Shown here piece by piece: positions 13,879 to 28,205 of a stretch of DNA of 64,000 nt (position 1 is the first letter of the stretch; each line of letters begins with the position of its first letter). The stretch covers positions 367,350,001-367,414,000 of the forward strand of contig OZ024740.1 in NCBI GenBank assembly GCA_964016885.1, in the 5' to 3' direction. A model generated the notes under the pieces. The model was given only the letters and a program-made list of their open reading frames with translations. It was not told the origin of the DNA and ran no database searches. Source of the DNA: Eledone cirrhosa. Its lineage: Eukaryota. Both the position numbers and the translations under genes were made by a program.

Positions 13879-14576
13879 AAGTGTGTGGGAAGAGAGTTCC
13901 AAGGGTGTGTTGGGGTGTGGGGGAGAGACATTTAGAAGAAAGGGGTGAGAGGAAACGGTACAAATGAAAATAAATATAAAAACATAATAAAAATAAAAAT
14001 AAACATGAAGTAAAATACGTGGTGGAAGGGAGTGGGGCGTGTAGGGGTGGTGGCGGGTGGAGTGGGGAGAGGGAGGCAGGGTGTCCGAGCGGGGATGGCT
14101 GAAGGTGGTGTGTGTGTGTAGGTGTACGTGTGTGTATGTGAATGTGAGAGTTGGGGGAAGAACGGGGTTGCATGTTCAGGAAAAGGTGTGTGTGGGGTGG
14201 GGTGTAGGTCGGTGTGTGCGTGCGTGTGTGGATGGGGAGGGGTCAGAGGGGTGGTCGAGGGGAGGAGAGGATTCCGGAGGCTGAGTGTGTAAATATGTGG
14301 TGGTACGCACGTGTGTGTGGTGTTTATACGTATTGTGGATGTAGGTGGTGTGTGGGAAAAAAATTGTTTTTAGTGTATGTCCGTGGGTAAGTTCCTAAGG
14401 TAATACCGTAGCGGATGTGGTGGGATGCCGGGTAATTTCCTTGTGATGGAGTTGATTCGTGGGAGCGATGTCCAATGTGTGTAATCCGTGGTTGGGTTGG
14501 TCGGAAGAGGGGAGATGTGGGGTGCGCGCACAACGGGGAGTGGTCAGAGGGTCAAGGCAGGAGGAGGGTTGTGTGT

Positions 14577-14724
14577 ATGACTCCGACGGCAGAGCTCAAG
14601 CCGTCGAAACGGCTTTTGTTCCGTCGTCGGGGTCATACTTTCTCCTATTACCCACTCTACTACCCTAAGTATTGAGTACTCTGGTGCGTTATGGTCCATC
14701 TGGTTCCTTACCACAACTCCTCCG

Positions 14725-14785
<61 letters not shown>

Positions 14786-14900
14786 CATATATATAGGCAG
14801 TCGGGGTTTTGAACATTTTCCTATTACCCACTCTACTACCCAAAGTATTGAGTACTCTGGTGCGTTATGGTCCACCTGATTCCTTACCACACTTTCTTCG

Positions 14901-14901
<1 letters not shown>
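14577..14901 (+). mobile_element. Two family-C terminal fragments separated by (TA)n
   Basis: CCTATTACCCACTCTACTACCCTAAGTATTGAGTACTCTGGTGCGTTATGGTCC-like tail at 14577-14724 and 14797-14901. Confidence 0.75.
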
Positions 14902-14942
<41 letters not shown>

Positions 14943-15457
14943 TGTTAATAAATTAAATAATAACAAACCAAATTAATGTAGTAATTAATCCATTAATTTA
15001 CGATCGTTTCTGTAAGCAGATACCAATGTGCAGGCTAATCAATGACAATTATTTATCGCCATGATATTAACACTGACAATGCAAGTCTACCTTGTTGGCT
15101 TCATACATTAACGATTCATATTTAGAAGATGAGTAAATGTGGGAATTGTTAAAGTGTTGAAAAAACACCTTGCAGCTTTTTCTGGTTCTTTAGGTTCTGG
15201 ATTCAAATTTCGGCGAGGTCAGCTTTGTATTTCATCCTTCGGAGTTCGATAAAATAAAGTTTCAATCAAGCACTGCGCTCGATGTAATGGACTTTCTCTA
15301 TCTCTACAAATTGTTGGATTTGAAACTTACGGAGAAGGAGAAAGTAAAGAAAAGTAAGTAAAGCAGATAAAAAATAAATAGGTGAATAGTGAAATATATA
15401 TAATATATATACTAACTGGCCCGGTGCCCGCACAGATGACGGCTAATAGTAGTATTA

Positions 15458-15656
<199 letters not shown>

Positions 15657-15739
15657 GTTACAAAACCAAGTTTTTAGTTTAATAATTATTTTATTACAAA
15701 ATGGTTTGAGAAATAATTATGTGCAACTAGCATGCCTTG

Positions 15740-18495
15740 GCTGCTTGTTCCCTTCAAAATAATTTCAATGTTTTCCTTCCTTGTCGTAAGACTTCAAGCC
15801 ACATAAAACTAACCATAACTAAGTACAGTAACCGGCAAGTAAATACCAATGTTTTTGAAACACTGTCCTTGCTGTTTTTTATAGTCATGGCGTAAGTCGG
15901 TATCACAAGGAAATGTCTTCTGCTCATATTTGAAGAGTTGATCTCTTTTGGACACAGGTCAACTCTTGGTATGGCAGCTTCATCTCCTATGTTTTACTGC
16001 CAGTAATAATCTTTGCATGAACATAAAAGTCTTCAAAATATAAAACCAAAAGTCGTGGACCATTCAGCAAGCCATTAACAGAATCCAAAAGTCTCGGCAA
16101 AATCAAAATGGAATTTTTCTTCAGTGCTATATTGAACGGAGTCATGTCTGACGGGACCAGATAATTCAAAGGTATTCAAGATATTCTCGTCCTTTCGTCA
16201 ATCAACACATCAACACCTTGATAAATCCGTAAGTCGTAATCTAAAAGTGATAATATATCGGTAATCAGTTCGATTGAATATGTTTTTTTATGTTAAAAAT
16301 GTTTGTTGAAATTGCATCAATATCGCCAATACCTACTATAGAAATGGCGCCGGCAAATACGTCTCTGATCAAATTTTCAGATGAATTCATGGTTTCAAGT
16401 ATTTCTATTAGATCTTGATCTGAGCTCACACCATTAGTTACTCTTCCATTTACTATGCTAAGAAGCATTGCGTTGAATTATTCTTGGCCATTTATTCGCA
16501 TATTCTCAGTTAACGTAAAAAAATGAAACAAGTTCACAGAGAAGAATATTTGACAGAAGATTCAATTAGAGCAGAATTTGATCCTCTCAGAATAACCGGC
16601 GCAGTTTGCCTAAAGTCCTTGTAAGAAGGAAAACTTTACTGCCGTAAGGCTTAAGGTTGTTCATTATATTTTTTAGCCGATGTTAACTTTGCCTTTCATC
16701 CTTACGGGGTCGATAACATAAAGTACCAGTAATGCACTGGGTCGATTTACTCAACTTTCCCCTCCCACCAAAATTGTTGGCCTTGTGCCTAAACCAGAAA
16801 ACATTATTTACTTTAGCAGAATATCAAAGTACCACAATGTAATTCCTGAAAACATTGACACCTCATCAATTATCATTAGGTCACCTAATTCTAATATTTT
16901 CGAGTGTTCTGATGATGTATTCGTTAATGAAGTAGAATTTTCCAAGATAGGCACTGGAAGTTTAAAGCCACACTAAAGCACTTCCTTCGTGTAATATACC
17001 AGCCACAATGATTATTGTAACAAATGAGAAAACACACTTTCCTTCACTACTCGTGTGCGATATCAAGGTATTGAAGAGATATGTTTTTTTCTCGTACCAT
17101 AGAGTCCTCCAAGAAGAAAAGTCTGATGGGCCAGTATTCTTTATGTGGAAATTTGATCAAACAGATGACGCTGATTGTCTGTCAGAAAAGCAGTTTGTAC
17201 TTCAACTTCAAGGTTGTCCTGGTTTTGTTCTATATTGTGGGCATTCATCAAAGGCGTATCAGCAATTGAAAAATGCAAATCTTGGTATGTCAAACATTGC
17301 AAAAATAATGTTCTTTCAATTTCTCGTAAAACTAGTTATACTGTGACGGCAAGGAAATCTTCAATCCAACTTTCTTCAAACTCGTTGAACAAGACGCCAG
17401 GATTGACTGGTTTATTGAAAATACAAATGAGTGCACACAGCTGTCGGATCTGCTTTAGCATATATTTGTCGAAAAAGCTTCTTCTAAGCACCTTCTCCTC
17501 TTATTGTCATTTTGAACCAAATGCCGGTGCTCTGCTACTTGTTTATAGCTACCGCATATCAGTTGTCAACAACCTTCTGACAAACATTTAATGTTGAAAG
17601 CGGACATTGTCTGTAGGATGGATAACTATATATGTTTCTAAAGATTTCCTATTGAAACTGTTTGGGCATGCCTGTTGAGCAGTTGTTATATTTCATATAA
17701 TGCGCATTAGTGTTTTGCTTATCACAAGAACCGCGAATCATAAATTTCTTAACAATTTCATAGAGTACTGGTTCTGTCCCTGGTCCGAAATTTCAGCACA
17801 CACCTTTTAGTGGATTCATTCTGTTGTGTCGGTTTATCCCCTGGATGCAATATTAGCGTGCGGCAGTCCTCTCTTTTGAAATTCTATGGTGTAACAATGT
17901 GCGACAACTGGGTCAATCACATCTCTTTTTACTACATTAATTAGTAATATTGAACACCCGGCCCACAAAATCTGGTCTATCGGAGACTGTCTGACTATTT
18001 GACTGTTTGAAAAAAGTTGTTTTCTATCTCGAGTCAATATGGATTGCATGTCATTGTAAAAGATATATCGGGTGGGCAAAATCTTCTCACATTTGCATTT
18101 TGGAATCGCTCTTTCCTATTTCTTGGTCATCCTAGGAATGGTGATGGAAGAATGACTTTCTACCCGAATCGAGTATTTTCAGTATTTGCTGCATTAGCTA
18201 AAGGGTGAACAAGTCCTTCATATTATGCCATCTTAAGCTTGTTTCGAGGCACACATTATCCAGATTTTCGAGCACTACTTGGAGGCATCCTGAATTGGAG
18301 TGATTCTGAGCTCTTATTTACGTTACTTGGGCACTGTCTACAACATAAAGCTGAGCATATTTTCTTCGTTCTCCTTCATTTGGATGAATATGTGAAGTTC
18401 TTTGGTAAATGTTTCCATATACGCGGAAACAAAATAGGCCTCTTCCTGTTGAATTCTGCATTTCAGCACCAATCGATGAATGTGAACTCTCCTTT
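15740..18495 (-). pseudogene. Decayed autonomous Helitron Rep/helicase
   Basis: Rep motifs PDISFTMTCNP (about 18040-18075) and YTIEFQKRGLPHA. Pif1-type helicase motifs DFRQTAPVI, GLLNGPRLLV and YAMTIKKQQGQ. Many stops and frameshifts. Confidence 0.85.
16675..16808 (+). mobile_element. SINE 3' fragment (longer variant) inserted in the Helitron
   Basis: CTTTGCCTTTCATCCTTACGGGGTCGATAA..GTACCAG...GGCCTTGTGCCTAAA. Confidence 0.8.
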
Positions 18496-18519
18496 CTAAA
18501 TATGTGTCATTATTTAATA

Positions 18520-19757
18520 TTGGCAGGTGGATTGGCAGTATCGGTAGAGGGTCGAACATGCTTTCCAGCATGGTTACGTCCCTTTACGATCTGAGTTCAA
18601 ATGCCGCTGAGGTTGACTTTGCCTTTCATCCTTACGGGGTCGATAAAATAAAGTACCAGTAATACACTGGGTAATTGCTGGCCTTGTGCCTAAAGTAGAA
18701 ACAATTATTTAATATTGGCAGTATCGGTAGAGGGTCGGACGCCATGTTTTCGAGCATAGTTACGTCCCTTTACGATCTGAGTTCAAATCCCGCCGAGGTT
18801 GACTTTGCCTTTCATCCTTACAGGGTCGATAAAATAAAGTACCAGTAATGCACTGGTGAATTGCTGGCCTTATGCCTAAAGTAGAAACAATTATTTAATA
18901 TAATGGTGGATTGGATTATCTATATATATGAAACTGAGGATGTCTGTGTGTGTGAATTTGAATCCCTAAAACTCGAGAATCACCCAACAAGCGGTGGATT
19001 GGTAGTATCGGTAGAGGGTCGGACGCCTTGCTTTGACGCATAGAATTACGGCCCTTGCCATTCTGAGTTCAAATCCAGCCAAGGTTACTTTGCCTTTCAT
19101 CCTTATGGGGTCGATAAAATAAATTAGCAGTAATGCACTGGGTAATTGCTGGACTTGTGCCAAACGTAGAAACAATTATCTAATATAAGCCGGTGAATTG
19201 GCAGTATCGGTAGAGCGCTGGACGCCATGCTGTGACGCATGGAGTTACGGCTCTTGCCATTCTGAGTTCTAATCCCGCCGAGGTTAACTTTGCCTTTCAT
19301 CACGGGGTCGATAAAATAAAGTACCTGTAATGTACTGGGTAGCTGGCATTGTGCCAATAGTAGAAACAATTATCTAATATAAGCCGGTGAATTGGCAGTA
19401 TCGGTAGAGCGCTGGACGCCATGCTGTGACGCATGGAGTTACGGCTCTTGCCATTCTGAGTTCTAATCCTGCCGAGGTTAACTTTGCCTTTCATCACGGG
19501 GTCGATAAAATAAAGTACCTGTAATGTACTGGGTAGCTGGCATTGTGCCAATAGTAGAAACAATTATTCAATATAAGGCCGGTGAATTGGCAGTATCGGT
19601 AGAGGGTCGAACATGTTTCCAGCATAGTTACTTCCCTTTACGATCTGAGTTCAAATCTCGCCGAGGTTAACTTTGCCTTTCATCCTTACGGAGTCGATAA
19701 AATAAAGTACCAGTACTGGGGTAATTGCTGACCTTTTGCGAAAAGTAGAAGCAATTA
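18520..19757 (+). mobile_element. Tandem array of six ~190-bp tRNA-derived SINEs
   Basis: A box TGGCAGTATCGG, B box GAGTTCAAATCC, core GCCTTTCATCCTTACGGGGTCGATAAAATAAAGTACCAG, tail AGAAACAATTAT. Confidence 0.9.
18919..18988 (+). mobile_element. 5' fragment of the second non-autonomous Helitron family
   Basis: Matches the start of 19758-20672. Confidence 0.7.
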
Positions 19758-20672
19758 TCTATATATATGAAACTGAGGATGTCTGTCTGTGTGTGTGTGA
19801 GTTTGAATCCCTAAAACTCGAGAATCAGCCAACCGACTGTTTTCAAACTTTACGCATGAAATACTTATGTTTCAGGGAGTGTTCTGAGCAAAAACATTTT
19901 CAAATTGTCAATGCCCTAGGGACCGTATTAGGCGATTTAGCTATCTCTCTCTATAATTCTTAGTCTTTCTCTTTTTAGATAGATACATACATATAACACA
20001 GCGCCCATATAATATCTGTCTGTATGTCTGGCTGTATGCATTACGTCACTTCCCTGAGGATGTTTGTGTGTGTGTGAGTTTGAATCCCTAAAACTCGAGA
20101 AGTACCCAATCGATTATTTTTAAACTTTACATGTGTATTACTTGTTTCAGGGTGTGTTATACACATAAAACATTCGACTTTTTGATATCCTAGGGCCCGC
20201 ATTAGGTGAAAAACTGCGTTTTTAAAGTTTTTTAGGGTTTTTTTTAGGCGTTACGTCAGACCGATTTCCTTGAAATTGTAACTATGTATTAGTCAGTCTC
20301 TTCTTCATACTGTGAGCAAAGAAAATCCAACTTTTTTATGGCCTAGGGCCCGCATTAGGGGAAAAACTACATTTTTTTCAGATGTTTACGGCTTTTCAGA
20401 ATTTTAGCGATTTTCAGATTTTTAGCGATTTTCAAGGCATATTATACACATAAAAAAAATTCATTTATTTGATCCCCTAGGGTCCGCATTAGGTGAAAAC
20501 CTGCATTTTTCCTGCTTCATCGAGGAAAATCTTGAAGATTATCCAGCCATCAGAGTATTCGGTTTATTTTCTTTACATACTGTCCAGACACGCAGCTTTT
20601 CCACGATTAGGTCTGTTAGCGGCCCGCGTTCCAAAATACCTTATCCTGTGCAACGCCGGGTACCATTGCTAG
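19758..20672 (+). mobile_element. Non-autonomous Helitron (second family)
   Basis: A|TC start, CCTGTGCAACGCCGGG hairpin and CTAG|T end. Internal repeats CCTAGGGCCCGCATTAGG. Confidence 0.8.
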
Positions 20673-20979
20673 TTAGATATAAAACCTGCATCATTTACAC
20701 CAAACTGAAAGGCTTGCTCTTATATTCCTCGGTAAACGGAATATCGTCACATAGAGAGAGAAACAACCCTATACTTAATCAGGTATACATGCATACATAC
20801 CTGAGGACTTTCAATTTAGTAAATACACTACACACATATATGCATACACACACACACACAAACACACACACACGCACATACACATCTGTATGTATATAAA
20901 TAAATATATAGATACATATATATAATATAGAAATGACTTCTACAGGAATAGAACTGTTTCATTCGAAGGAATGAAAGAC

Positions 20980-21075
<96 letters not shown>

Positions 21076-22023
21076 ACACACACATACACACACACATATA
21101 TATATATATATATGCACATAAACGCGACACCATTATATAATCCTAGAAATAGAGGCGGAACGAAATGTTTTTATATCTGTTTGCGCTCATTTTTTTACAT
21201 ACCACATTTGTTTACATGCACGACTGTTTCCACCCACATCGATACATGCTAGTGCCTATATTTGAATGCTCATATACATATATATATAGACACGCACATA
21301 CATATATGATCAATTATATCTGCACGTACATAAGCATACAAATATCCATATAAACCCATAAACCAATGAAACTATTTTTATACATCTTGTGCGTTAAAAC
21401 AAAAAATAGTTTTAAAAATCAGACTTAGGAGTCCAAAAAATCTACAAAACCAGTAATTAACTTGATACTGGTTTTATTAAATGCCTCCTAGTTTTGTATT
21501 TCAACTCTTTGATAAACAATAGTTAATCAATGTAACAAATAATTTACCTTAAAGAAACTAATCTATTAATCAAGGGCTAGAGACACCAGTTAAGCGGTCA
21601 GATAATCACAGTATTGAAAATGCAGACAAATCTCTGTTTATCTAATGAGAAGATTGATTCTTGCTTGATCGATGTGTCCGGGCTTGAGTGAAATTCAATT
21701 TAACGCTTCATTATATTGCAAAACAATAAGATGTTTCATTAACTCTTTCTGTATCCTTTGTTTATCAGTCACTAATAAAACTTTGAAGAACAGCACTAAG
21801 TCCTTTTATCGCAAGATGAAAGCTGGCGGTATCAATTCTTAAGTACACAGTTTAGAGACATCTCTACAGAACAGTGTTGGTTTAATGATCATAAGAAACT
21901 TAAGGACGCCCTATAATTTAAACATGAAACGATATTTTATAGCCGATTCATTAAATCAGTTTTATTTTATGCGTGTAATAATATAGGACCGATAAATCTG
22001 TCACAAGTAGAGACACTCACTCT

Positions 22024-22096
<73 letters not shown>

Positions 22097-23289
22097 TTAT
22101 ACATATATACCACTCAATACATGCGTTAAGAAAACCACTACATCGGACAGATACTCAGATCAAAGTGAGCCTTTTGTGTTCATTTAGTGACATAAAAAAG
22201 AAAGGATAAATGAATTTTGTTATTAATAATTACACATTTGAGCGAAAATGATGCTCCCTATTCGTTATGGTCCTTTAGCTATTTTTTCTTTAATGGTTTC
22301 TTCGTAGTTTTAATAGTTGATGTAATGGGATATTTCTCTAAAATATTTAAGTGTTGTGTGATTGATATACCCCACTCCTCAAAAACATAGAAGACACTAA
22401 ATATAAAGCTATGCCATCTGATTTTAAAACGCAATTTATAAAGCATTGATGCAAATCAGTGTAGTCAACCAACTTTGACGTGACCAAAAATGAAATGGGA
22501 TTCCAACCGTTAATTTTCATTGATATCTTTGAAAGGATTTAGTCCACATCTGAGAAAGAATTTACAATAAAATGCTTTGATTTCATAATTGTAGCTAGAG
22601 AATTTTTTTATCGTTTTTTTGTTCGTTTGCATTCAATTGTTTGCTGTTGTTAGAATTCAATTTAGTTGCACACAATAGAATGCTGATGGATTCATAGTTC
22701 ATGTGTAACAGTCTTTGAAGTTGACCGATAACTTTCCTGTAAGAGCTTTGATAATTCGAATAGCTATGAGTCCAATTGGTCGAGTGAGGGTTCGTATTTA
22801 CACTCTTGCCACAGCAAAAATAGTTATTCGTTAAATTGCACTGTCCATCTAGCAATAAGTATGTATATACAGAGGAAATCGTTACTGAATGAAGCAGTTA
22901 TAGTTGGAGATCATATGTGATGAGAGCATCTGTAAGTTGCTGGCCTTATCTAAATATACTTGTGAGTAAATTCAAGATATATGTACACCATTATAATAAA
23001 TATTCAAGAAAGAATTGCATAAACATATTTTTCGTATTACACATCAATATCAAAAATTGATGTGATTTATTACAGAATCGCAGGTACATTGATCTGGCAT
23101 TGAATTAACCAGATGGCAGAATGAAGATAAAAGTTCATAGCTTATACACATTGTCCCCACTTCTAAGCAGCGGTGTTGTATTTGCATTCATTATCAATCA
23201 GTACATGCCAATTTATCATGTCGGTTCAAAGAAGGGACCTCTTAGTTTTAGGCATACTCAGTAAATACCAACCAACTATTCCTCCAGTC

Positions 23290-25075
23290 ACCCCACTCCC
23301 TTATATATATGCACACCCACCATCGACTTCCTCCCCAAAATACACAAACAAAATAATCCGGCCCATCCTATCGTTTCTGCGTGCAACTGCCCCCACCGAG
23401 ATAATTTCTGAATATTTAGACACAATCCTCGCCCCGTTGGCCGGCATTCTCCCCACCACATCCACGATACAATCATGCCCTTAGACTCTTCAACTCCTTC
23501 CCCTTCCCTCTGGGTCCCTCTCGCCTTCTCTTTACCTTGGACATCACCTCTTTCTATACCGTCATCCCTATGCTAGTTCTTTATTCAGATTTGTATAAAT
23601 AACATTACACATTTTACATAACTGTTCATATTAAAACAAAACACACTATTAAAGGTAATCAAATATTTAAGAAAGGCTGATATTACTTGGTGCCAGTGTC
23701 ATCACAACTAATATATACACTATAACTATATCCTCTATACATACTTGGCAGTAATGCTAGTCTTGTACATGGGAAAGGGTAACATGGATGATTGTGGAAA
23801 CTATAAGGGTATATCATTGCTTCCTGTCGTAGAAAAAGTCTTATGTAGGGTGTTCTGGTCCAAAGGATTTTTATCCCTCATGATGATGGCCTCGGCGCTC
23901 TCCAACATATTTTAGACTTACACCCTACCCCTTACCCCAGCACTACCACTCTTCTCCGTCTGCCTGTGCTGAGCGTGTTCTCACCCTCAATGGCTTTTCT
24001 TTTTCGGGTGAATTCTATCAGCAGGTCTCTGGGGTAGCGATGGGAACCAGAATGGTTCCAAACTATGCCAACTTGTTTGGTCCTATGTTTCCATTCTGCT
24101 CTCAAATTCACCGCCTCCGTCTCCGATTCTTCTGTCGTTTTTCTAGATATCTCTCTATCTATTAATCACTCTCACCACACCCTCTCTACTTCCATCTTCA
24201 TTAAACCAACAGACTTCTACTCTTAGCTCGACTTCACCTCTTCCCATCCAGCCCACACCAAACACTCCATACCCTATTCACAACTTCTCCGTTCTCGTCG
24301 GCTCTGTAGCCAGGCGGACGATTTCGAAACCCATTCCCCTCGCATGGCTTCCTGCTTCATCCAGCGTGGATATCGCCCCACCCTGATCCAAGTTGCTCTC
24401 ACCTGCGCCCGAGAAACAGACCACACCATAAGCTTCTCACCTCACCCCACCCTCCCAACAGCCACGTTTCTTTCCCTCTCACCTACCACTCCATCGCCCA
24501 ATCAGTCCGGCGACATATCCTCCGTTCCTTCCGCATCCTCTCTTCTGACCCGTCACTTCTCCCTTTTTACCAAAGCCACCTATTACCGCTTTTAAGCGCG
24601 CCCGCAACATCCATGACATCCTGTTCGCAGTTCCTTCTCTTCCTCTCCCACGACTCCACCCGGCTCTCCTCCTTGTTCCCATTCCCGCTGCAACTCTTGT
24701 CCCTTCAATTCCATCTTTACCACTCTTACAGACCCTAACGGGTATTTCCGTATCCGCCACTCTTTCACCTGCACATCCACCCACGTTGTCTTCGCCTTCC
24801 GGTGTTCCCTTTGTGGGTCTTTATATATTGGACAAACAGGACGCCGTATGGCGGACCATTTTGCCGAGCATGTGAGGGACATACGACTTGGTTTGGATAC
24901 TTCTGTCGCCCGTTAGTTCTGTTCTCCTGGTCATTCTTCCCTACATGTGTCAGTCCTGGGTGTCCTTTTACATCATGGGTTACAGGCCTCACGCACCAGG
25001 ACTGATCAAAGTCTGATTCACCACCTTGAGTCCTATTCCAGTCTTGGACTCAACTCACCTCACCAATTTCTCTAA
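23290..25075 (+). pseudogene. Decayed PLE RT plus GIY-YIG (Neptune-like)
   Basis: FLPKIHK, TLDITSFYTVIP, QQVSGVAMGTRM.PNYANLF, FLDI, SSHPAHTKHSIPYSQ, FTCTSTHVVFAFRCSLCGSLYIGQTGR..DHFAEH. Frameshifted, and the region that should hold the catalytic DD appears deleted. Confidence 0.85.
23760..23855 (+). pseudogene. RTE-like LINE RT fragment within a ~300-bp insert
   Basis: GKGNMDDCGNYKGISLLPVVEKVLCRV. Confidence 0.65.
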
Positions 25076-25596
25076 TACTCCGTCCATTATGAAACCCCTA
25101 GATTCCTATCGCTTTCCCTTGATCATTAACATCTTTTCTTACAACTAATACAGGCCGCCTATATATGCTCACTACACTTTTACCTTCACTACTCTGTATA
25201 TACACATACACACCCTAATATTAACATACTTTTGCTCGTAGCTTCGTACTTACTTGCACTCACACTCTTTTACTCACATATACACACATATTCCTTCTTA
25301 GCTTTGTACGGACGTATAATAACATACACAATTCACACACACACACTCACTCACACACACACACACACATGCTTACGCACGTGCACAAGTATAGCTCTTT
25401 TTACAAAACGTTTTTTTTACATTTCAGGTAGACGCGCTCCAACATCTACTTTTCTAAAAAATATATCCTACACAAAACGACAGCACCCACAGTTATGCAA
25501 GAGATGTCAACATGAATGGACCTGTTATTTTTTATTTGAAGACATGTTTTCCAATTTCAACCCGCCCGTCCCTTCAATCTATCTTATTTCTCATTC

Positions 25597-25635
25597 TTTC
25601 TTCTGATGAAGGACTAGCGTCCGAAACGTTAATAC
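25597..25635 (+). ncRNA. Minimal hammerhead in the 3' pLTR of the Neptune-like PLE
   Basis: CTGATGA-A-GGAC(tagc)GTCC-GAAACGTTA. Helix I is weak. Confidence 0.7.
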
Positions 25636-27434
25636 CCTCTTCCTGCTATATCAAGTGTTAACCTAATATATCCCTTCCATATACTGTACCGTTTGTGTTG
25701 TTATTTCTGTTTACCTTTTACATATATATATATATATGATTAGATAAGTTGGCAAATAAGAATATACTATGTCTGAAGATAAGATGTGATAGTCATAACT
25801 TGAATGCCTTTGATCATGCGTCAGCTGAATTTGAAGTGTACACAACACCAACGACAACAGATTCTTCGAGTTGCGATCAATTATTTGATGGAAGTATACT
25901 TTTAATTGTTAGGTTAGCTGGTTTTTAATATCTTCAATTTCAAATTTTTGATTGATGATCGGACAGAATCTGAAACTCCGAAGATCTACTTATATCATGA
26001 TTCTACAGCAGAGTTATAAAAACGTATTGACGATAGTTCGTGTTATATTTATCGGCTGATGTAATGTTTCTTCATGGAATCTCTGAGACAGTAAACACAT
26101 GATTAATGATTTTCCAGCTGTAATCATAATCTCCTTCGTTTGAAGACAGTCGTCTACATTATTTAATATAATAATTTAAAAGTTCACAGGCTGTGATTTG
26201 AAAGAGATTTATCTTATATTTACAGCAGTCCATGTAATCATATAATGGATCCCCTAATAATGCTTAAATAGGAAATGGGAAAAAATTAACGACTGTATTC
26301 TCAGCTGGTGCTCTACGGAACTTTATTTTACTGAAAGTTTTCGAAAATCTTACAAAAGTATGGCGTCCTTTATTTACACGACTACCGAGCTCAGCTGGAT
26401 CCGACTGACTGTACAACGAAAGACATCATATAAGAAGGGTTGATATCATCTTGAGTGGACATTTAATAAAAAAAAACGATCAGAGGCCATTGAATGACCG
26501 GTGGTCAGTGAATGGCTAGTAATCAATGATTACTGGCGGTCATTGAATGGTTAAAGGTCATTAAACGACTTGAGATCAGCGATTTACTGGAGGTGAGTGA
26601 ATAACTGTAGGTCAATGAAGGACTGGAATATCAGGCATGTCACGGAAAAATGTCAAGAAATGTTGCATATATGTTTCAATTAATATTTATTTCATGTTAT
26701 CATTAATATATTTTATAAAACGTGATTTGTTTAATTACATTTCACTATTTTTTATGTTTTTTAAATGAAGCGTCGAAAGCGTCGCAGTCAACAAGGAAGT
26801 AACTTGTGTGAGACCGGGCTGTGTTGACAGCATTGAAGCTATTCCTTGATTCGTGGCTATTGCAATTTAATCCAATAACGCATTAGTAATCGCTAGGTTT
26901 CAGAGTAAATTATGTCGGTTGATGTTATCATATTAGCTCTGTGTGGTTGTCCGATATACAGCAAGTGTGTGATTCGATTCTCACAGAATGTACCCTCACA
27001 TTTTCATTCATAACTGTTATATATATATATATATGCATACATACATATATATATATATACATATGTATGTGTGTGTATATACATATAATACCATCGAACA
27101 ACCTTGAATCATAGACAACTTATGTATTTCTAGGGGTACTTAGTATCCTTGGACATATTAACTTCATTCATTATTCTCCGCTATGTAGAGAACAAATCTG
27201 TTGTTCTATTTAGCTGCTATTTTTTAGTAGTAATTATAGACAGCAAGTCTGTTGTTTCCCGCTTTTACTTCAGACCGGTTTACATACGGGTCACATTTAC
27301 GACCTTTCAGACCTGTGTTAGCTGGCAGGAGGTCATATATTTTATCGTTCCTGGGTCTTTTAGCCCTAGGAAAGGAAAATGCTTTTCTGATGAGCTTTGG
27401 TTTTCCATCAGATATCCATCGGATTTCTGGGGTA

Positions 27435-28017
<583 letters not shown>

Positions 28018-28019
28018 AA

Positions 28020-28205
28020 CGGTGGATTGGCAGTATCGGTAGAGGGTCGGACGCCATGCTTTCCAACATAGTTACGTCCGTTTACGATCTGAGTTCAAAT
28101 CCCGCCGAGGTTGACTTTGCCTTTCATCCTTACGGGATCGATAAAATAAAGTACCAGTAATGCACTGGGTATTTGCTGGCCTTGTGCCTAAAGTAGAAAC
28201 AATTA
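28020..28205 (+). mobile_element. tRNA-derived SINE, full length, in (TA)n
   Basis: Same family as 18520-19757. Confidence 0.9.

Noticed and set aside
18520-19757. tRNA gene cluster
   Set aside because: A and B boxes are present but there is no cloverleaf, and a SINE body and tail follow.
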